Of a stretch of DNA of 64,000 nucleotides, positions 9,082 through 19,690 are shown in pieces. The stretch is from Candidatus Latescibacterota bacterium (lineage in GTDB: Bacteria > Latescibacterota > UBA2968 > UBA8231), in the NCBI GenBank assembly GCA_965203355.1, contig OZ241889.1:2016001-2080000 (forward strand), in the 5' to 3' direction. The translations under genes were made by a program, and so were the position numbers. Below the pieces are notes generated by a model, which did not search any database, was not told the origin of the DNA, and worked only from the letters and a program-made list of their open reading frames with translations. Numbering within the stretch: position 1 is the stretch's first letter; each line of letters begins with the position of its first letter.

Positions 9082-10143
9082 GTGGCGACTGCTTCCACGA
9101 CTGATACACCGCGCCGGGGACTCTTGCTGGCAATGGCCGGAGCCTTGCTCGGCTTTTTTGCCCTCAGCTTGGGCGTGGGGTCGGTGTCCATTCCCCTCGA
9201 TGCGGTGGTCGCCATCCTGTGGGGCGAAACCGACCAAAAGCCGAGTTGGAGCCATATTATCTATGCGATCCGCCTGCCGCGTGCGCTCACCGCGCTATTG
9301 GCTGGCGCGGCCCTGAGCGTCAGCGGTTTGCAAATGCAGACCCTGTTCCGCAATCCCCTCGCCGATCCCTTCATCCTCGGCATCAGCGCTGGAGCCAGTT
9401 TGGGCGTGGCGTTGGTCGTCTTGGGCACGGGCGTCACCGGAGCCGGGTTGCTGGTTGGTTTGGGGCTTTTGGGGCAGGTCGGCGTGGTGGCCGCGGCCGT
9501 GGTTGGCGCGGCCTTGGTGTTGGGCTTGGTGCTTTTCGTGGGGCGGCGCGTGCAGCACACCATGACCTTGCTTATCCTCGGCCTCATGTTCGGCTATCTG
9601 ACCAGTGCCGCGGTCAGCGTGTTGCTCTACTTCAGCATACCCGAGCAGGTGCAGACTTACGTTCTGTGGACCTTTGGCAGCTTTGGCGCGGTCACTTGGG
9701 GCCAGCTTACTTTTTTGGCCCCGGTGGTGTTGGCGGGTTTGGCAATTGCCGGACTGCTGGTTAAACCGCTCAATGCCCTGCTGCTCGGCGAAACGTATGC
9801 GCGCAGCATGGGGCTGGGGGCGCGGCGGGCGCGATGGTGGATTATTGCGAGTGCCGCGCTGCTGGCTGGCGCGGTCACGGCCTATTGCGGCCCGATTGGC
9901 TTTTTGGGCGTGGCGGTGCCGCATTTGTGCCGCGCTCTTTTCAATACTTCTGACCACCGAGTACTGCTGCCGGCCAGCGCACTCTTGGGCGGCATTTTAG
10001 CGCTGACTGCGGATCTAGTGGCCCGTTTGCCCGGCAGCGATGCCACCCTGCCGCTCAACGCGGTTACCGCTCTGATCGGCGCGCCCGTGGTCACTTGGAT
10101 TATCCTGCGCCGCCGGACGCTGCGGCCGGCTTTTGCCGCCTGA
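9082..10143 (+). CDS. FecCD/BtuC-family ABC permease
   Basis: IRLPRALTA, MQTLFRNPLADPFILGISAGA, GPIGFLGVAVPH. Confidence 0.92.
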   Translation: MATASTTDTPRRGLLLAMAGALLGFFALSLGVGSVSIPLDAVVAILWGETDQKPSWSHIIYAIRLPRALTALLAGAALSVSGLQMQTLFRNPLADPFILGISAGASLGVALVVLGTGVTGAGLLVGLGLLGQVGVVAAAVVGAALVLGLVLFVGRRVQHTMTLLILGLMFGYLTSAAVSVLLYFSIPEQVQTYVLWTFGSFGAVTWGQLTFLAPVVLAGLAIAGLLVKPLNALLLGETYARSMGLGARRARWWIIASAALLAGAVTAYCGPIGFLGVAVPHLCRALFNTSDHRVLLPASALLGGILALTADLVARLPGSDATLPLNAVTALIGAPVVTWIILRRRTLRPAFAA

Positions 10144-10160
10144 GTGCCGTGGCTGTGGCG

Positions 10161-11153
10161 ATGCTACAAACGCGCGCCCTGTGCATTGGCTACGCGCCCA
10201 AACGCCGCCCGCGCCTGGCGGTGGCCGCCGACATTAACGTGGAATTGCCCAAGGGGGAATTGGTGTGTCTGTTAGGCCCCAATGGGGCGGGCAAGTCCAC
10301 GCTCATGCGCACGTTGGCTGGCCTGCAAAAGCCGCTGGCGGGCGAGGTGCTCCTCGAAGGCCGCGACCTGCACGGGCTGACCGAGCGCGAGCGGGCGCGG
10401 CTTTTGGGCTTAGTTCTGACCGAGCGGATCGATGTGGGCAACCTATCGGCCTATGCACTCGTGGCGTTGGGCCGCTACCCGTACACCGGCTGGGACGGTC
10501 GCCTGGCGGCCGCGGACGAAGCGGTGGTGCGCTGGGCTATGGACGCGGTGGGGGCCAGGGAACTGGCCGCGCGGAGTGTTGGCGAGTTGAGCGATGGCGA
10601 GCGGCAAAAGGTGATGATTGCCCGCGCCTTGGCGCAGGAACCAGCGGTGCTGCTGCTAGATGAACCCACGGCCTTTTTGGACTTGCCGCGGCGCGTCGAA
10701 ATCGTGCAGTTGTTGCGCCGCTTAGCTGGCGATCGCGATCGCGCGGTCTTGCTCTCCACGCACGATTTGGACTTGGCCCTGCGCTGCGCCGACTGCCTCT
10801 GGCTGCTGCCGCCAGGCGGCCCTTTGCACACCGGGGCACCGGAGGACTTGGTGTTGAGCGGGGCTTTTCAGCGCACGTTTGCGGACGTGGCATTCGACCC
10901 GGCCCTTGGTTCTTTCCAACTGGTGCAAGAGCCGGAAGGCGCAGTCGGTTTAGTGGGAGAAGGGCTTCATGCCCGGTGGACGGTGCGCGCGTTGGAACGG
11001 GCTGGTTTCTGCGTGGCGGAAGACGCGCCGACGCGCGTCGAGATCATCCACGACAAGGGCGACCCGGCTTGGCGGCTTCACACGGCGGCCGGCGTGCGCG
11101 TCTGCGCTACGCTATACGAGGTGGTCAAGTGTTTGAAAGCCCCAAGCCCTTGA
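10161..11153 (+). CDS. ABC ATPase (FecE/BtuD family)
   Basis: Walker A GPNGAGKST, signature LSDGERQK, Walker B LLLDEPT. Start is ATG 10161 or GTG 10149. Confidence 0.92.
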   Translation: MLQTRALCIGYAPKRRPRLAVAADINVELPKGELVCLLGPNGAGKSTLMRTLAGLQKPLAGEVLLEGRDLHGLTERERARLLGLVLTERIDVGNLSAYALVALGRYPYTGWDGRLAAADEAVVRWAMDAVGARELAARSVGELSDGERQKVMIARALAQEPAVLLLDEPTAFLDLPRRVEIVQLLRRLAGDRDRAVLLSTHDLDLALRCADCLWLLPPGGPLHTGAPEDLVLSGAFQRTFADVAFDPALGSFQLVQEPEGAVGLVGEGLHARWTVRALERAGFCVAEDAPTRVEIIHDKGDPAWRLHTAAGVRVCATLYEVVKCLKAPSP

Positions 11154-11232
11154 GGTTGCTCGGGCCGCTGGCATTTTCAAAGGATGAGGATGCAGGAGCG
11201 CACGGGCATATCGCCAGTAAAAAACAAAACTT

Positions 11233-11357
11233 ATGAACCGCATCGTTTCTCTATTGCCTAGCAGCACTGAAATCGTCTGCGCCCTTGGTTGGCCGTTCGC
11301 ACGAGTGCGATTATCCGCCCGGTGTCGGCGAGTTGCCGGCCTGTACGGCCCCTAAGC
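11233..11357 (+). pseudogene. Remnant of a second BtuF-like cobalamin-binding protein
   Basis: ATG 11233 gives MNRIVSLLPSSTEIVCALG. A shifted frame continues LVGRSHECDYPPGVGELPACTAPK, the typical N-terminus of this family, and similarity then ends. Confidence 0.75.
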
Positions 11358-11410
11358 GACACGCACGAGCACCGGGGCTGGGATCGGTGGGAAGCCTGAA
11401 GAGGGGTGCC

Positions 11411-12508
11411 CTACCGCGTCGAAAACTTGTGTATGGTGACCGTCCGGTAGGTTTCCCCCGGACGCAACACCACCGACGGAAAGCCCGGCTGGTTGATCGC
11501 GTCGGGATAGTGCTGGGTCTCTAGGCACAGGCCGTGGTACTGATTGTAGATTGTCCCGCCCTTGCCCCGCACGCCGTCGAGGTGGATGGCCGAGTAAAAC
11601 TGCACGCCCGGCTCGGTAGTGTACAGTTCCATCACTCGTCCGCTCTCGGGTTCGTACACCTCGGCGGCCAACCCCGGCTCAGCCCGCCCCCCATGGTCGA
11701 GCACGTAGTTGTGATCGTAGCCGCCGACCGGTGCAAGCTGCCCGATCCGCCCGCCAATGGCGGATGGTTTGCCAAAGTCGAGGGGCGTACCCGCCACCGG
11801 CAAAATGCGCCCGGTGGGGATTTGAGTGGCGTCCGGCTCGGTGTAGTAGCGGGCGTGGAGCGTGAGGATGTGCCCGAGCACGGGACCGCTGCCAGCCAAG
11901 TTGAAATAGGAATGGTTGGTCAGATTGATGGGCGTCGGCTTGTCGGTGGTCGCCTCGTAGGCGATGACTAGTTCGTCGCGGTGGGTCAAGGTGTACGAGA
12001 CACGCACCGGCACGGTGCCCGGATAGCCCTCCTCGCCGTCTTGGCTCACGTAATGTAGGCGCACCGTTGGTCCGCGGTTGTCGTCCGCGACTTCGGCGTC
12101 CCATACTACTTTGTCGAAGCCCACTATCCCGCCGTGCAGGTGATTGGGGCCGTTGTTGACGGCCAGTGGGTACTCTTGGCCGTCTAGGGAGAATTTGCCA
12201 CCGGCGATGCGGTTGGCGACCCGCCCGGTGATACAGCCGAAGTACGGATTCTCCCGCTCGTACTGCGCCAAACGGTCAAAGCCCAATACGACATCGCCGA
12301 GCGTTCCGGCGCGATCGCGCACGAGGAGTTCGGTGATGATCCCACCATAGGTGATGACGCGGGCTATGGTGCCGCGGTCGTTTGTGAGAGTGTAGCGCTC
12401 GACGGGCTGTCCCGCTGCGGTCGTTCCAAAGCTGTCTTTGCTCACCTCGGCTTCTCCGGCGGTGGCGGCCAAGGCGACCGCCAGTAGCATGGTGCTGGGC
12501 TTTTGCAT
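11411..12508 (-). CDS. galM: Aldose 1-epimerase (mutarotase) with apparent signal peptide
   Basis: YFGCITGRVANRI, NHLHGG, DGEEGYPG, NLTNHSYFNL, GLCLETQHYPD. ATG 12508 with a GGAGG RBS. Confidence 0.92.
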   Translation of the reverse strand: MQKPSTMLLAVALAATAGEAEVSKDSFGTTAAGQPVERYTLTNDRGTIARVITYGGIITELLVRDRAGTLGDVVLGFDRLAQYERENPYFGCITGRVANRIAGGKFSLDGQEYPLAVNNGPNHLHGGIVGFDKVVWDAEVADDNRGPTVRLHYVSQDGEEGYPGTVPVRVSYTLTHRDELVIAYEATTDKPTPINLTNHSYFNLAGSGPVLGHILTLHARYYTEPDATQIPTGRILPVAGTPLDFGKPSAIGGRIGQLAPVGGYDHNYVLDHGGRAEPGLAAEVYEPESGRVMELYTTEPGVQFYSAIHLDGVRGKGGTIYNQYHGLCLETQHYPDAINQPGFPSVVLRPGETYRTVTIHKFSTR

Positions 12509-12651
12509 GGCCCTTCCTCCATTCGCGGTGCTTGCGCTTCCTTTTTGCCAGACGTAACATAGGCATTTCGCATTCGCCGGGGCAACCACGAGGGTTGCCC
12601 TGTTCGCGTCGAGGGCGTCGTCCCTTAAACTTCACTAAGCGAGATAAATCT

Positions 12652-13650
12652 ATGAAAACGCCTCTTTTGCTCCTCGTCTTGATTTTCGGCGCCTGTGGTG
12701 GTAGCGATGCGCCGCAACCGGCGGCTAAGCCCCAAGTCGCTTTCGTCACCAATGGCGTTGGGCCTTTTTGGACTATTGCCGCCAAAGGAGTTGAGGCGGC
12801 CGCCGCCGAGTTTGCCGCCGCCGCTGAGGTGCAGATGCCCGGCGAAGGGGTTGCCGATCAGAAGCGCATCGTCCAAGCCCTGCTGGCCCGCGGCATTGAC
12901 GGCATGGCCATAAGCCCCATTGACCCGGACAATCAGACCGACCTGCTCAACGAAGCCGCCGCCCACACCCACCTGATCACCCACGATTCAGACGCGCCCA
13001 AGAGCAACCGCCTTTGCTTTATTGGCATTGACAACTACTCAGCCGGTCGCGCCTGCGGAGCCTTGGTCAAAGAAGCACTGCCCAGCGGCGGCAACATCAT
13101 GATCTTCGTTGGTCGCCTCGAACAGCTCAACGCCCGCCAGCGCCGCCAGGGCCTCATTGACGAACTGCTCGGTCGCTCTTTTGACCCGACGCGCCACGAC
13201 CCCAACAGCGGCCCGATTGTCGGCGACTCATACACCATTCTCGACACGCGCACCGACCAGTTCGACTACGCGAAAGCCAAAGCCCAAGTCGAGGACGCTA
13301 TGGCCAAATACCCAGACCTCCACGGCGTCGTCGGCCTATTTGCCTACAATCCGCCGATGTGCCTTGAAGCGATCAAGGAAGCGGGCAAGACCGGCCAGAT
13401 CCAAATCATCGCCTTTGACGAAGAAGCCCCCACTCTCCAAGGCATCATCGACGGCCACATCTACGGCACGGTGGTGCAAAACCCGTACCGCTACGGGTAC
13501 GAGTCCGTGCGGATCCTCGCGGCCCTCGCCCGCGGCGACCGCTCGGTTTTGCCCGAGGGTGGGGTCCTCGACGTGCCAGCGCGGTCCATCCGCCGCGATA
13601 ATGTCGAAGCCTTTTGGGACGAACTGAAAACCCTGACCGGCACTCACTAA
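12652..13650 (+). CDS. Sugar ABC substrate-binding lipoprotein (RbsB-like)
   Basis: Lipobox FGAC; [36 protein letters not shown]. Confidence 0.9.
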   Translation: MKTPLLLLVLIFGACGGSDAPQPAAKPQVAFVTNGVGPFWTIAAKGVEAAAAEFAAAAEVQMPGEGVADQKRIVQALLARGIDGMAISPIDPDNQTDLLNEAAAHTHLITHDSDAPKSNRLCFIGIDNYSAGRACGALVKEALPSGGNIMIFVGRLEQLNARQRRQGLIDELLGRSFDPTRHDPNSGPIVGDSYTILDTRTDQFDYAKAKAQVEDAMAKYPDLHGVVGLFAYNPPMCLEAIKEAGKTGQIQIIAFDEEAPTLQGIIDGHIYGTVVQNPYRYGYESVRILAALARGDRSVLPEGGVLDVPARSIRRDNVEAFWDELKTLTGTH

Positions 13651-15140
13651 TGGCCCTGTTGGTTGCGCGCGGCATTAGCAAGCGCTTTCCCGGCGTGTTG
13701 GCCCTCGACACGGTAGATATGGCGGTGGAGGCCGGGGAAGTCCTCGCCGTCATCGGCGAAAACGGGGCTGGCAAATCCACCCTGATGAAAATTCTCGCGG
13801 GCATTGAGACCCCGGACAGCGGCCAGATTGTGCGCGATGGGGAGGCGGTAATCATGGACTCGCCGCGCCGCGCCACTGCGCTCGGCATCGCCTTGATCCA
13901 CCAAGAACTCAACTTTTGCGCCAACCTTTCGGTCGCCGCCAACCTCTACCTCGGCCGCGAGCCCCAGCAGTGGGGCCTGATCGACCGCTCCACCATCCGC
14001 GCGGGGGCGGTCCAAGCGCTCGCGCAACTCGGGCTCGAGGTGTCGCCGGACACCCTGATGGGCGACTTGCCCATTGGCCACCAGCAACTCGTCGAAATTG
14101 CCAAGGCGCTTTTGACCGAGGCGCGGATTCTGATTATGGACGAGCCCACCTCCAGCCTCACCAGCCAAGAAGCCGAGGTGCTTTTTGCGGCCATTGGCGA
14201 ACTGCGTGAGCGCGGGGTGGCTATCATCTATATATCCCACCGCCTCGGAGAGGTCGAAGCCTTAGCCGATCGCGTCTTGGTTCTCTGCGATGGGCAAAAC
14301 GCCGGCGAACTGGCGCGCGCCGAGATCAGCCACGATGCTATGGTGGCCAAAATGGTCGGCCGCGATGTCGCGCAGTACTACGCGCACCAACCTCATCCGG
14401 CCGGCGACATCGCCCTCCAAGCCGAGGATTTGGTTATTCCGGCGTGGCCCGAGCACCGGCTCAATTTTGCGGTGCGACGCGGTCAGCTCGTCGGCATCGC
14501 CGGGCTCGTGGGCGCGGGGCGCACCGAACTGTTGCAGGTGCTCTTCGGCATCGTTCCCGCGCTGGCCGGCCAAGTGCTCGTCGACGGCGCACAGCACGCC
14601 ATCCGCTCGCCGGTTGATGCCATCCGCGCTGGCTTGGCCCTGGTGCCCGAAGATCGCAAGCAACAGGGGCTGATCCTCGAAATGGCTCTGCGCGACAACA
14701 TCGGCCTGCCCGGCTTGGGGCGCTACCAGTGCTTGGCCGGTTGGGCCAATTTTGCCCGCCAAGCCGCGGACGCCGACCAGATGATCGAGCGCCTCGCCAT
14801 CCGCACGCCCGGCCCAGCCCAAATCGTCCAGTACCTATCCGGCGGCAACCAGCAAAAGGTGGTGCTGGGCAAGTGGCTGGCGCTCGAGCCGCGCGTGTTG
14901 CTGCTCGACGAACCAACCCGCGGCATCGACGTGGGGGCCAAACAAGCGATTTACCATCTGATGGAAGAGTTGGCCGCCAGCGGCGTGGCGGTGCTGTTTG
15001 CGTCGAGTGAGTTAGAGGAGATTTTGGGGATGGCCGATGCGGTGTTGGTCATGCACGAGGGCCGCATTACCGGCCAACTCCAGCGCGACGCGCTCAGCGA
15101 GGAGGCGATTATGAGCTTAGCGACCGGGAAGGCGGCTTAG
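13650..15140 (+). CDS. Sugar ABC ATP-binding protein (RbsA-like, two ATPase domains)
   Basis: GENGAGKST, MDEPTSSL, VPEDRK, LSGGNQQK, DEPTRGIDVG; TAATG coupling to the upstream gene. Confidence 0.93.
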   Translation: MALLVARGISKRFPGVLALDTVDMAVEAGEVLAVIGENGAGKSTLMKILAGIETPDSGQIVRDGEAVIMDSPRRATALGIALIHQELNFCANLSVAANLYLGREPQQWGLIDRSTIRAGAVQALAQLGLEVSPDTLMGDLPIGHQQLVEIAKALLTEARILIMDEPTSSLTSQEAEVLFAAIGELRERGVAIIYISHRLGEVEALADRVLVLCDGQNAGELARAEISHDAMVAKMVGRDVAQYYAHQPHPAGDIALQAEDLVIPAWPEHRLNFAVRRGQLVGIAGLVGAGRTELLQVLFGIVPALAGQVLVDGAQHAIRSPVDAIRAGLALVPEDRKQQGLILEMALRDNIGLPGLGRYQCLAGWANFARQAADADQMIERLAIRTPGPAQIVQYLSGGNQQKVVLGKWLALEPRVLLLDEPTRGIDVGAKQAIYHLMEELAASGVAVLFASSELEEILGMADAVLVMHEGRITGQLQRDALSEEAIMSLATGKAA

Positions 15141-15143
15141 AAG

Positions 15144-16112
15144 ATGAAGAAAATACTGGGGATACTCGGCTTGTTGCTGGCGATTTTTGGGGTCACTTGG
15201 ATCGCCGAGCCTAAGTTTGTCAGTGCCTATAACCTGCAAAATATCATCCGCTGGACTTCGCTATTTGGCATCATTTCCATTGGCGTGGCCTTTGTCATTA
15301 TCACCGGCGGGATCGACTTGTCAATTGGCTCGTTGATCGGCTTGGTGGGCTGTCTGCTGCCCATGCTGTTGGCCGCTGGGTACTCGCCGGTGCTGGCGCT
15401 GTTGGCCGTGGTGGTTTTGTCGTTGGCTATTGGGTTGATGCACGGCTTGCTGATCACGCGCTTGGGGCTACAGCCGTTTGTTGTGACGCTGTGCGGTCTG
15501 CTGTTTTATCGCGGCTTTGCCCGCTGGCTGACCCACGACCAAGTCCAGGGTTTTGGCTCGTCTTACGAGGGGCTGCGCCAACTGGCGATTGGCAAGGTCC
15601 CGCTGGGGGGCGGTTTTGCGCTGCCGATTCCGTTTTTCCTCTTGGTGCTGGCCGGGGTACTCGCCGCGCTCTTCCTCAACCGCACGATATGGGGCCGCTA
15701 CCTGTTGGCCCTGGGCCGCAATGAGACAGCGGCGCGGTACAGCGGCATCCAAATCGAGCGGATGAAAGTGTTGGCGTACGTGTTGTGCTCAGGCACGGCT
15801 GGCGTGGGCGGCATCCTGTTTGCCCTCGACGTCAATTCGGTGCAACCGGCCGCGCACGGCAATTTTTACGAATTGTATGCGATTGCCGCCGCCGTGTTAG
15901 GGGGCTGTTCCCTGCGCGGTGGCGAGGGGGCGATTTTGGGGGTCGTCATTGGCGCGGCCGTCATGCGACTGCTCTACAATGCGATCAATGTCTCGGGCAT
16001 TCCCACCCAACTCGAGTTTGCCATTATCGGCGCGGTGATTTTGGCGGGCGTGATCGCCGATGAGTTGATCCGCCGCGTGGCGGCCCGGCGCCGAGCGGGC
16101 CGAGGGAATTGA
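15144..16112 (+). CDS. Sugar ABC permease (RbsC-like)
   Basis: ITGGIDLSIG, GRNETAARYSGI, YELYAIAAAVLGG. Confidence 0.92.
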   Translation: MKKILGILGLLLAIFGVTWIAEPKFVSAYNLQNIIRWTSLFGIISIGVAFVIITGGIDLSIGSLIGLVGCLLPMLLAAGYSPVLALLAVVVLSLAIGLMHGLLITRLGLQPFVVTLCGLLFYRGFARWLTHDQVQGFGSSYEGLRQLAIGKVPLGGGFALPIPFFLLVLAGVLAALFLNRTIWGRYLLALGRNETAARYSGIQIERMKVLAYVLCSGTAGVGGILFALDVNSVQPAAHGNFYELYAIAAAVLGGCSLRGGEGAILGVVIGAAVMRLLYNAINVSGIPTQLEFAIIGAVILAGVIADELIRRVAARRRAGRGN

Positions 16113-16149
16113 TTTGGCATGGAACGAAATTTTCCAAAGGAGAACGCCT

Positions 16150-17061
16150 ATGCGTCGCTTTACCCGCACCCCCCATTACAGCGGGCCGGACGACCCGGAG
16201 ATCGGCCACGTGCGCGGCACCTTGTCGCTCGGAGAAACCGTCGTCATCGAGACCATTGGCGGAGCGGACAACGACTTTGAAGCGGCCGGGGAGACGCGCG
16301 CCGGCATGATCACTTCCGGGGAGAGCCACCGCCGCTACGCCCGTCCCGGCGGCCCCTTTCTCATCGAGGGCATTGAGCCGGACGATTGGCTGGCCATTGA
16401 GATCATCGCTATTGAAGTCGGCCCCTACGGCTTCTACCGCAATGGCGGTCCCAATTGGGGCAATTGGCGCTGCGTGGCGCCGGTGCGCGATGGGTTGATT
16501 CACTTTCCGCCGGATTTTGTCGTGCCGGTGCGGCCCATGATCGGCGTCGTCCAGCTCGAATCGTGGGCACCCAACGCCATCGACCACGGCGGCAACATGG
16601 ATTTCAACGCCATCCAGCCCGGTAGCACCGTCCACATCCGCGCGCAAAAGCCCGGCGGCCTGCTCTCGCTAGGCGATGTCCATGCGCGCATGGGCGATGG
16701 CGAGTTGACCGGGGCTGGAGTAGAGATTGACTCGGCCATCACGCTCAAGGTGGATCGCTCGCCCGGATTTCCCAATAGCAGTCCCGTGGTTGAGACCACT
16801 AGGGTTGTGGAAGACGCCGAGGAATATCTCACCAGCGCACGTGCAGAAGCGTGGGGGGACGCACTCAAGGCCGCATGGCTCGAAATGGTGGCCCTGATTT
16901 GCGACCGCTACGACACTACGTACGAATACGCCAACATGATCGTCGGCACCATTGGGGACGCCCGCCCGGGCTTTGCCACTGGCTACATGGGCGGGTACGC
17001 AACCTGTCAGATCGCAGTGACCAAGAAGCTGCGGCGCACGGGCGCGCCGTACCGGCCCTAG
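16150..17061 (+). CDS. Acetamidase/formamidase (FmdA/AmdA) family protein
   Basis: GPFLIEGIEPDD, PMIGV, HGGNMD, LSLGDVHARMGDGE; AAGGAG RBS before ATG 16150. Confidence 0.85.
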   Translation: MRRFTRTPHYSGPDDPEIGHVRGTLSLGETVVIETIGGADNDFEAAGETRAGMITSGESHRRYARPGGPFLIEGIEPDDWLAIEIIAIEVGPYGFYRNGGPNWGNWRCVAPVRDGLIHFPPDFVVPVRPMIGVVQLESWAPNAIDHGGNMDFNAIQPGSTVHIRAQKPGGLLSLGDVHARMGDGELTGAGVEIDSAITLKVDRSPGFPNSSPVVETTRVVEDAEEYLTSARAEAWGDALKAAWLEMVALICDRYDTTYEYANMIVGTIGDARPGFATGYMGGYATCQIAVTKKLRRTGAPYRP

Positions 17062-17202
17062 GGGTAGAAGCCGCTGGCGTCAGTCGGCGCGGTGCAGGGG
17101 CCGGGCTCCGAGCAGAGCATATCGCACTAAGGCCGCCTTGCTCGGGGATTTTGGCGGCGATATATTGAGCGGCCATTCGCTATTTATAGAAAGGAAGCTG
17201 CG

Positions 17203-19689
17203 ATGAGCGAGCCATTTGTGCCGTTGGATTTGAGCGCGGTCTATAACGCCGGTACTGGCAATGTTGAGTCCGAAGGCGGCAAACTCTGGCCGGCACCTGC
17301 CGACGCGCCCGACCATACCCCGCTCGTGGGGCTGCCTTGGGGCGAGCAGCCGTTTTGGGGGGTGCCCTTTAGTTTGGCCGCCGTAGGTGCTGAGCAGGCC
17401 GTGGTGTTGGTGGCGCGAAGCGCTGGCGGCGGGGTGAGCACGGCGGCGGATATCCCGGTACATGCCAAAGCGCGGCGCGTTCTCTATGCCCACACTTGTG
17501 CGCCGGTGTCCGGGGAGTGGGCCACGGTCGAGGGCACGGGCGAGGAGATTGGGACCTATCGCGTCCTCTATGCCGACGGTAGCTCGGTCGAACAGCCGCT
17601 GCGCCGCCGCTTTGAAATCCACGACGTGCGGGTGCCTTGGGGGCACCATCCCTTTCTCTGTCGCAACTGCCGCCACTACTACTCGGTGCCACTGGACAGC
17701 CGCGAATACGGCTATGGCATGGTGCAGACCGGGGCTTTTACGCGCGAGGGCGGCGACCTCCAAGGTTGGTGGCTCTACGACTGGGAAAATCCCGCGCCCG
17801 ACCAGGAGATTGCAGCGATCGCAGTGTCGGCGGCTGGTCCTACGGCGCTTGCTTTGGCCGGCATTACGCTCTGCCATGAAGCGCGCGATCCCTTTGCTTG
17901 GCCGGCGCGGCGCGAGGTGGCGCTGCGGGTCGATGCCGAAGGAGTGCCCGAAGTGGCGATGGAGCGCGGCGAAATCGTGCGGCAGGATCAGCTTTGGGTG
18001 CCGAGCGCGGATTTCCTCACCTCCGAGGAAGCGGGCTGGGGACGCGGCGGCCAAGAGACGATCGCCGGTGGCTATCTGGAAATCCACGGCTCAACCGAAG
18101 GGCAACTCGCCGTTAAGGCGGGCGACGACGTCGAAGAGCGCATTGGCTGGGGCGACGTGCTCAAAGAAAAGAAAATCGCCCAAGGGAAAGTGCATATTGA
18201 GGTCGTCGCGCCGGCGGGCAAGCAGTGGGTCCACGTGCGGGTCGAGGATGCGGATACCGGCCAGCCGGTGGGTACCCGCGTCCACTTTCGCACTGAGAAC
18301 GGAGCCTATCTGGCACCGCACGGTCACCAAGCCGACGTCAATGTGGCGTGGTTCGAGGACCTGGGCGGCGACTGCAAGACCGGGGGCGTACCCTACGCCT
18401 ACATCGACGGCACCTGCCAGATCGACTTGCCCATCGGCCCGGTGTACGCCGAGGTCGTGCGCGGCTTTGAGTACCAGCCGCTGCGCCAGCAAGTTGAGAT
18501 CAAGCCCGGACAGAACGCGCTGACCCTCAAGATCAAACGCACCTTTGACATGAAGCAGCGCGGCTACTATTCCGGGGATACCCACGTGCATTTCCTGTCC
18601 TCCCAGTCGGCGCACCTAGAGGCCGCAGGCGAGGATCTCAACGTCGTGCATTTGTTGGCGAGCCAGTGGGGTCGGCTGTTTACCTCGTGGGAGGAGTTCA
18701 CCGGCGGTTTAGCACCAACCAGCAGCGACAATCACTTGGTTTGGGTCAGCCAAGAAAACCGACAACACGTGCTCGGCCACATCAGCTTACTCGGCCTGAA
18801 GGAACTGGTCGCGCCCATGTGTACCGGCGGGGCCAATGAGGATTGGGTGGGCGGCTCGGTGGATGCGCTGATGGCCGATTGGGCCGAGGAGTGCAAAAAA
18901 CAGGGCGGGCTGGTCATTATGCCGCACCTGCCGCTGCCCGATTTTGAGAACGCGGCCAACATCGTCTTGGGCCACGCAGACGCCGGCGAGATGTGCTGGA
19001 TTTGGGAGGGCGAACAGATTAGCTCAGCCGAGCGAGGTTACTACCGCTGGCTCAATGTAGGCCAGAAGCTGCCGATTGTCGGCGGCACCGACAAGATGTC
19101 CAATGGCCGCATTTTGGGCGGGTCGCGCACGTATGTCAAGCTGCGCGATGGCGAGGAGTTTACCTTTGACAATTGGTGCCAAGCCGTGCGGCGCGGCCAG
19201 ACGTTTGCCAGCACGGGCGCGATGATCAATCTACAGGTCGAGGGGCGGGAGATGGGCGAGGAAATCCACCTGCCCGGCAACGGCGGCACCGTTGAGGTGG
19301 CGGCAAACGCGGAAAGCGTCTGGCCGCTCACTGGGCTGGAGTTGATTTGCAATGGCGAGTCCATTACGCGCGAGGTCGCCGCGCCCGGTGCCGAGCAGAT
19401 CGAACTGAAGTTCAAGCTCAAAGCCGAGCGTTCCTGCTGGGTGGCGGCGCGCTGCTGGGGGCCGCACCACACGGACGCCGGGCCGGTGATGGCTCATTCC
19501 TCGCCGGTCTATATCGACGTAGGTCGGCGCTGCGTGTTTGCACCGGCCGAGGGCAATTATCTGCTGACGCATATGGAAGGCGGCATTGCTTGGGCCGAGC
19601 GGATCGGCGTCTTCCGCGACGAGGCGATCCGCCAGCGGCTGATCGGCCTGTTCAACGAGGCCCGGGGCGAGTTACTCCGGCGCATGTGA
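17203..19689 (+). CDS. CehA/McbA-like PHP-family metallohydrolase
   Basis: YYSGDTHVH, SQENR..LGHISL, GGLVIMPH, YYRWLNVG...GGTD, RTYV, GQTFASTG, AHSSPVY. Confidence 0.75.
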   Translation: MSEPFVPLDLSAVYNAGTGNVESEGGKLWPAPADAPDHTPLVGLPWGEQPFWGVPFSLAAVGAEQAVVLVARSAGGGVSTAADIPVHAKARRVLYAHTCAPVSGEWATVEGTGEEIGTYRVLYADGSSVEQPLRRRFEIHDVRVPWGHHPFLCRNCRHYYSVPLDSREYGYGMVQTGAFTREGGDLQGWWLYDWENPAPDQEIAAIAVSAAGPTALALAGITLCHEARDPFAWPARREVALRVDAEGVPEVAMERGEIVRQDQLWVPSADFLTSEEAGWGRGGQETIAGGYLEIHGSTEGQLAVKAGDDVEERIGWGDVLKEKKIAQGKVHIEVVAPAGKQWVHVRVEDADTGQPVGTRVHFRTENGAYLAPHGHQADVNVAWFEDLGGDCKTGGVPYAYIDGTCQIDLPIGPVYAEVVRGFEYQPLRQQVEIKPGQNALTLKIKRTFDMKQRGYYSGDTHVHFLSSQSAHLEAAGEDLNVVHLLASQWGRLFTSWEEFTGGLAPTSSDNHLVWVSQENRQHVLGHISLLGLKELVAPMCTGGANEDWVGGSVDALMADWAEECKKQGGLVIMPHLPLPDFENAANIVLGHADAGEMCWIWEGEQISSAERGYYRWLNVGQKLPIVGGTDKMSNGRILGGSRTYVKLRDGEEFTFDNWCQAVRRGQTFASTGAMINLQVEGREMGEEIHLPGNGGTVEVAANAESVWPLTGLELICNGESITREVAAPGAEQIELKFKLKAERSCWVAARCWGPHHTDAGPVMAHSSPVYIDVGRRCVFAPAEGNYLLTHMEGGIAWAERIGVFRDEAIRQRLIGLFNEARGELLRRM

Positions 19690-19690
19690 T

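Noticed and set aside
17080-18523. Long alternative-frame and antisense ORFs (e.g. 17080..18087, 17462..18523; similarly 59744..60688)
   Set aside because: Shadow ORFs expected in high-GC coding DNA; they overlap well-supported genes and lack motifs.
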